Origin: Gemmatimonadales bacterium | GTDB taxonomy: Bacteria > Gemmatimonadota > Gemmatimonadetes > Gemmatimonadales > GWC2-71-9 | Direction: 5' to 3' | NCBI GenBank assembly: GCA_035553475.1 | Contig: DATNDQ010000035.1 | Coordinates: 7,075 to 71,074 of the forward strand | Length of the DNA stretch: 64,000 nucleotides | Part shown: positions 63,188 through 64,000 of the stretch, in pieces | How positions within the stretch are numbered: the stretch's first letter is position 1 | Layout: each line of letters opens with the position of its first letter | Notes under the pieces: generated by a model | Seen by the model: the letters and a program-made list of their open reading frames with translations, nothing else | Database searches by the model: none | What the model was told of the DNA's origin: nothing | Made by a program: the position numbers and the translations under genes

Positions 63188-63844
63188 ATGTTCGACCGGT
63201 TCGGCGTTGGCGCCCCGTCGCCATTTGGCATCCGTGGGGGAGTCCTGGTGATTGCCGCGCACGTCGCCGTCATCGCTTACGGGCTGCGCGCGACGACTCG
63301 ACACGAAGACTCGCCTGACCCCATAGTCGTGGCACCGCTTGCGCCTTTCCATCAGCCCGAGCGGCTTGGCGCCACCGGAGTTGCACCTGTCGTCGAGGTG
63401 CCGGGCCCGATCGAGGTCAGCCTCCCGATCCCCCCGACGGTCCCCGTCACGATTTCCGGCGGACCGGTCGTGCCGTGGCCGATCGACACCACGAAATTGC
63501 TCGGCAGTCCGTCGGCACCGGATCTCGGCGGGGTGTACGACCCGCGCGTCGTCGAGCAGCAACCGGAGCTCCTGTCATCCCCGCCGCCCCGGTATCCGGA
63601 AGCTCTGCGGACGGCTCACATCGAAGGGGTCGTGGAAGTGCAGGGAGTGGTGGACACTCTGGGACATCTGGAGCCCAAGACGCTGCAGGTGATCGAGAGT
63701 CCGCATCCGGCGCTTTCGGCCTCGGCCATCGAATGTCTGGAACGGGCGGTGTTCCGCCCGGGACGCGTCGAAGGGCGTGCAGTTCGCGTTCTCGTGCGGA
63801 TCCCGGTGCAGTTCAGCATCGCGACGCGGCCAAGCGGGTTTTAA
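63188..63844 (+). CDS. TonB family energy transducer
   Basis: 218 aa from ATG 63188 (MFDRFGV...). It has a TM anchor (VLVIAAHVAVIAYG), a Pro-rich linker and a TonB_C domain (PPRYPEALRTAHIEGVVEVQGVVDTLGHLE..GRAVRVLVRIPVQFS). Confidence 0.85.
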   Translation: MFDRFGVGAPSPFGIRGGVLVIAAHVAVIAYGLRATTRHEDSPDPIVVAPLAPFHQPERLGATGVAPVVEVPGPIEVSLPIPPTVPVTISGGPVVPWPIDTTKLLGSPSAPDLGGVYDPRVVEQQPELLSSPPPRYPEALRTAHIEGVVEVQGVVDTLGHLEPKTLQVIESPHPALSASAIECLERAVFRPGRVEGRAVRVLVRIPVQFSIATRPSGF

Positions 63845-63925
63845 TCGTTTTGTAATGTCTTGCCCACTAGCGGGTAACCGGCGGCGGGTAGTATTTCCTT
63901 GGTCCTCCCATGGGAGACACGGTTC

Positions 63926-64000
63926 GTGTTCGATAATCTGATCGAGTCGAAGCGGAAGACGCAGAAGGGCCGCTTCATGGGCGTGGGTTTTGTCTCGGTG
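63926..64000 (+). CDS. second TonB-like protein, N-terminal fragment (continues beyond the window)
   Basis: GTG 63926 lies 9 nt after GGGAGA. The N-terminus (M)FDNLIESKRKTQKGRFMGVGFVSV has the form typical of TonB-like proteins in this lineage. Confidence 0.55.
   Translation, partial: MFDNLIESKRKTQKGRFMGVGFVSV

Noticed and set aside
63910-63936. An 8-codon ORF (ATG GGA GAC ACG GTT CGT GTT CGA TAA) overlapping the start of the second TonB gene, as a regulatory leader peptide.
   Set aside because: There is no supporting structure or conservation evidence, and it overlaps the SD (GGGAGA) that serves GTG 63926. It is noted within a finding but not called as a feature.
1-64000. A mobile element, genomic island or defence island: integrases, transposases, toxin-antitoxin pairs, restriction systems, or a CRISPR-cas locus.
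   Set aside because: No such gene families or flanking repeats were recognised. Composition and codon bias look uniform across the window, and gene content is housekeeping, envelope and metal homeostasis.

Overview
The window is visibly high in G+C, with third codon positions almost all G or C. It is densely coding, with about 58 CDS and many 4-nt ATGA/GTGA start/stop overlaps. Gene content points to a diderm of the Gemmatimonadota/Acidobacteriota type: an ADOP duplicated orphan permease, a TonB-dependent receptor with a CarboxypepD_reg domain, TonB proteins starting MFDxLIES, and BNR/sortilin and RCC1 beta-propellers. I found no rRNA, tRNA, CRISPR array, transposase, integrase or prophage genes, so this looks like core chromosome rather than a mobile island. 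In order, the window holds: an alpha-2-macroglobulin tail plus pbpC; an Ada-AlkA fusion; a cupin; an MFS transporter; a mirror-image pair of DUF305 + LVIVD beta-propeller cassettes; a BNR/sortilin protein; a TonB-dependent receptor; an ADOP permease; a YCII protein plus ECF42-type sigma; a NarL-type two-component system; a nine-gene heme operon (hemA-C-D-B-Q-E-H-Y-L); an OmpR two-component system plus a CzcCBA-like RND efflux operon; a formate dehydrogenase operon; an ECF sigma / anti-sigma / Spy-like module; an epimerase plus qor; sodA and an AhpE-like peroxiredoxin; an RCC1 lipoprotein; a sugar-type ABC transporter; a Tat-exported glycosidase-like protein; a small OMP-like protein; an HK-RR-HK cluster; and two TonB paralogs. 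Four items deserve the most attention. (1) The duplicated, divergently arranged DUF305 / His-Cys-motif beta-propeller cassettes (6327-11779) are a candidate uncharacterised periplasmic metal system. (2) The NAD-type formate dehydrogenase has its alpha subunit split and permuted around a NuoE-NuoF fusion gene. (3) The catalytic piece of that enzyme carries an in-frame TGA at the canonical selenocysteine position, with a SECIS-like hairpin starting 11 nt downstream. The ORF track splits this gene in two. (4) TANNNT -10-like boxes recur 6-8 nt upstream of ATG start codons, suggesting leaderless mRNAs. All functional calls rest on motif recognition by eye; no database search was run.
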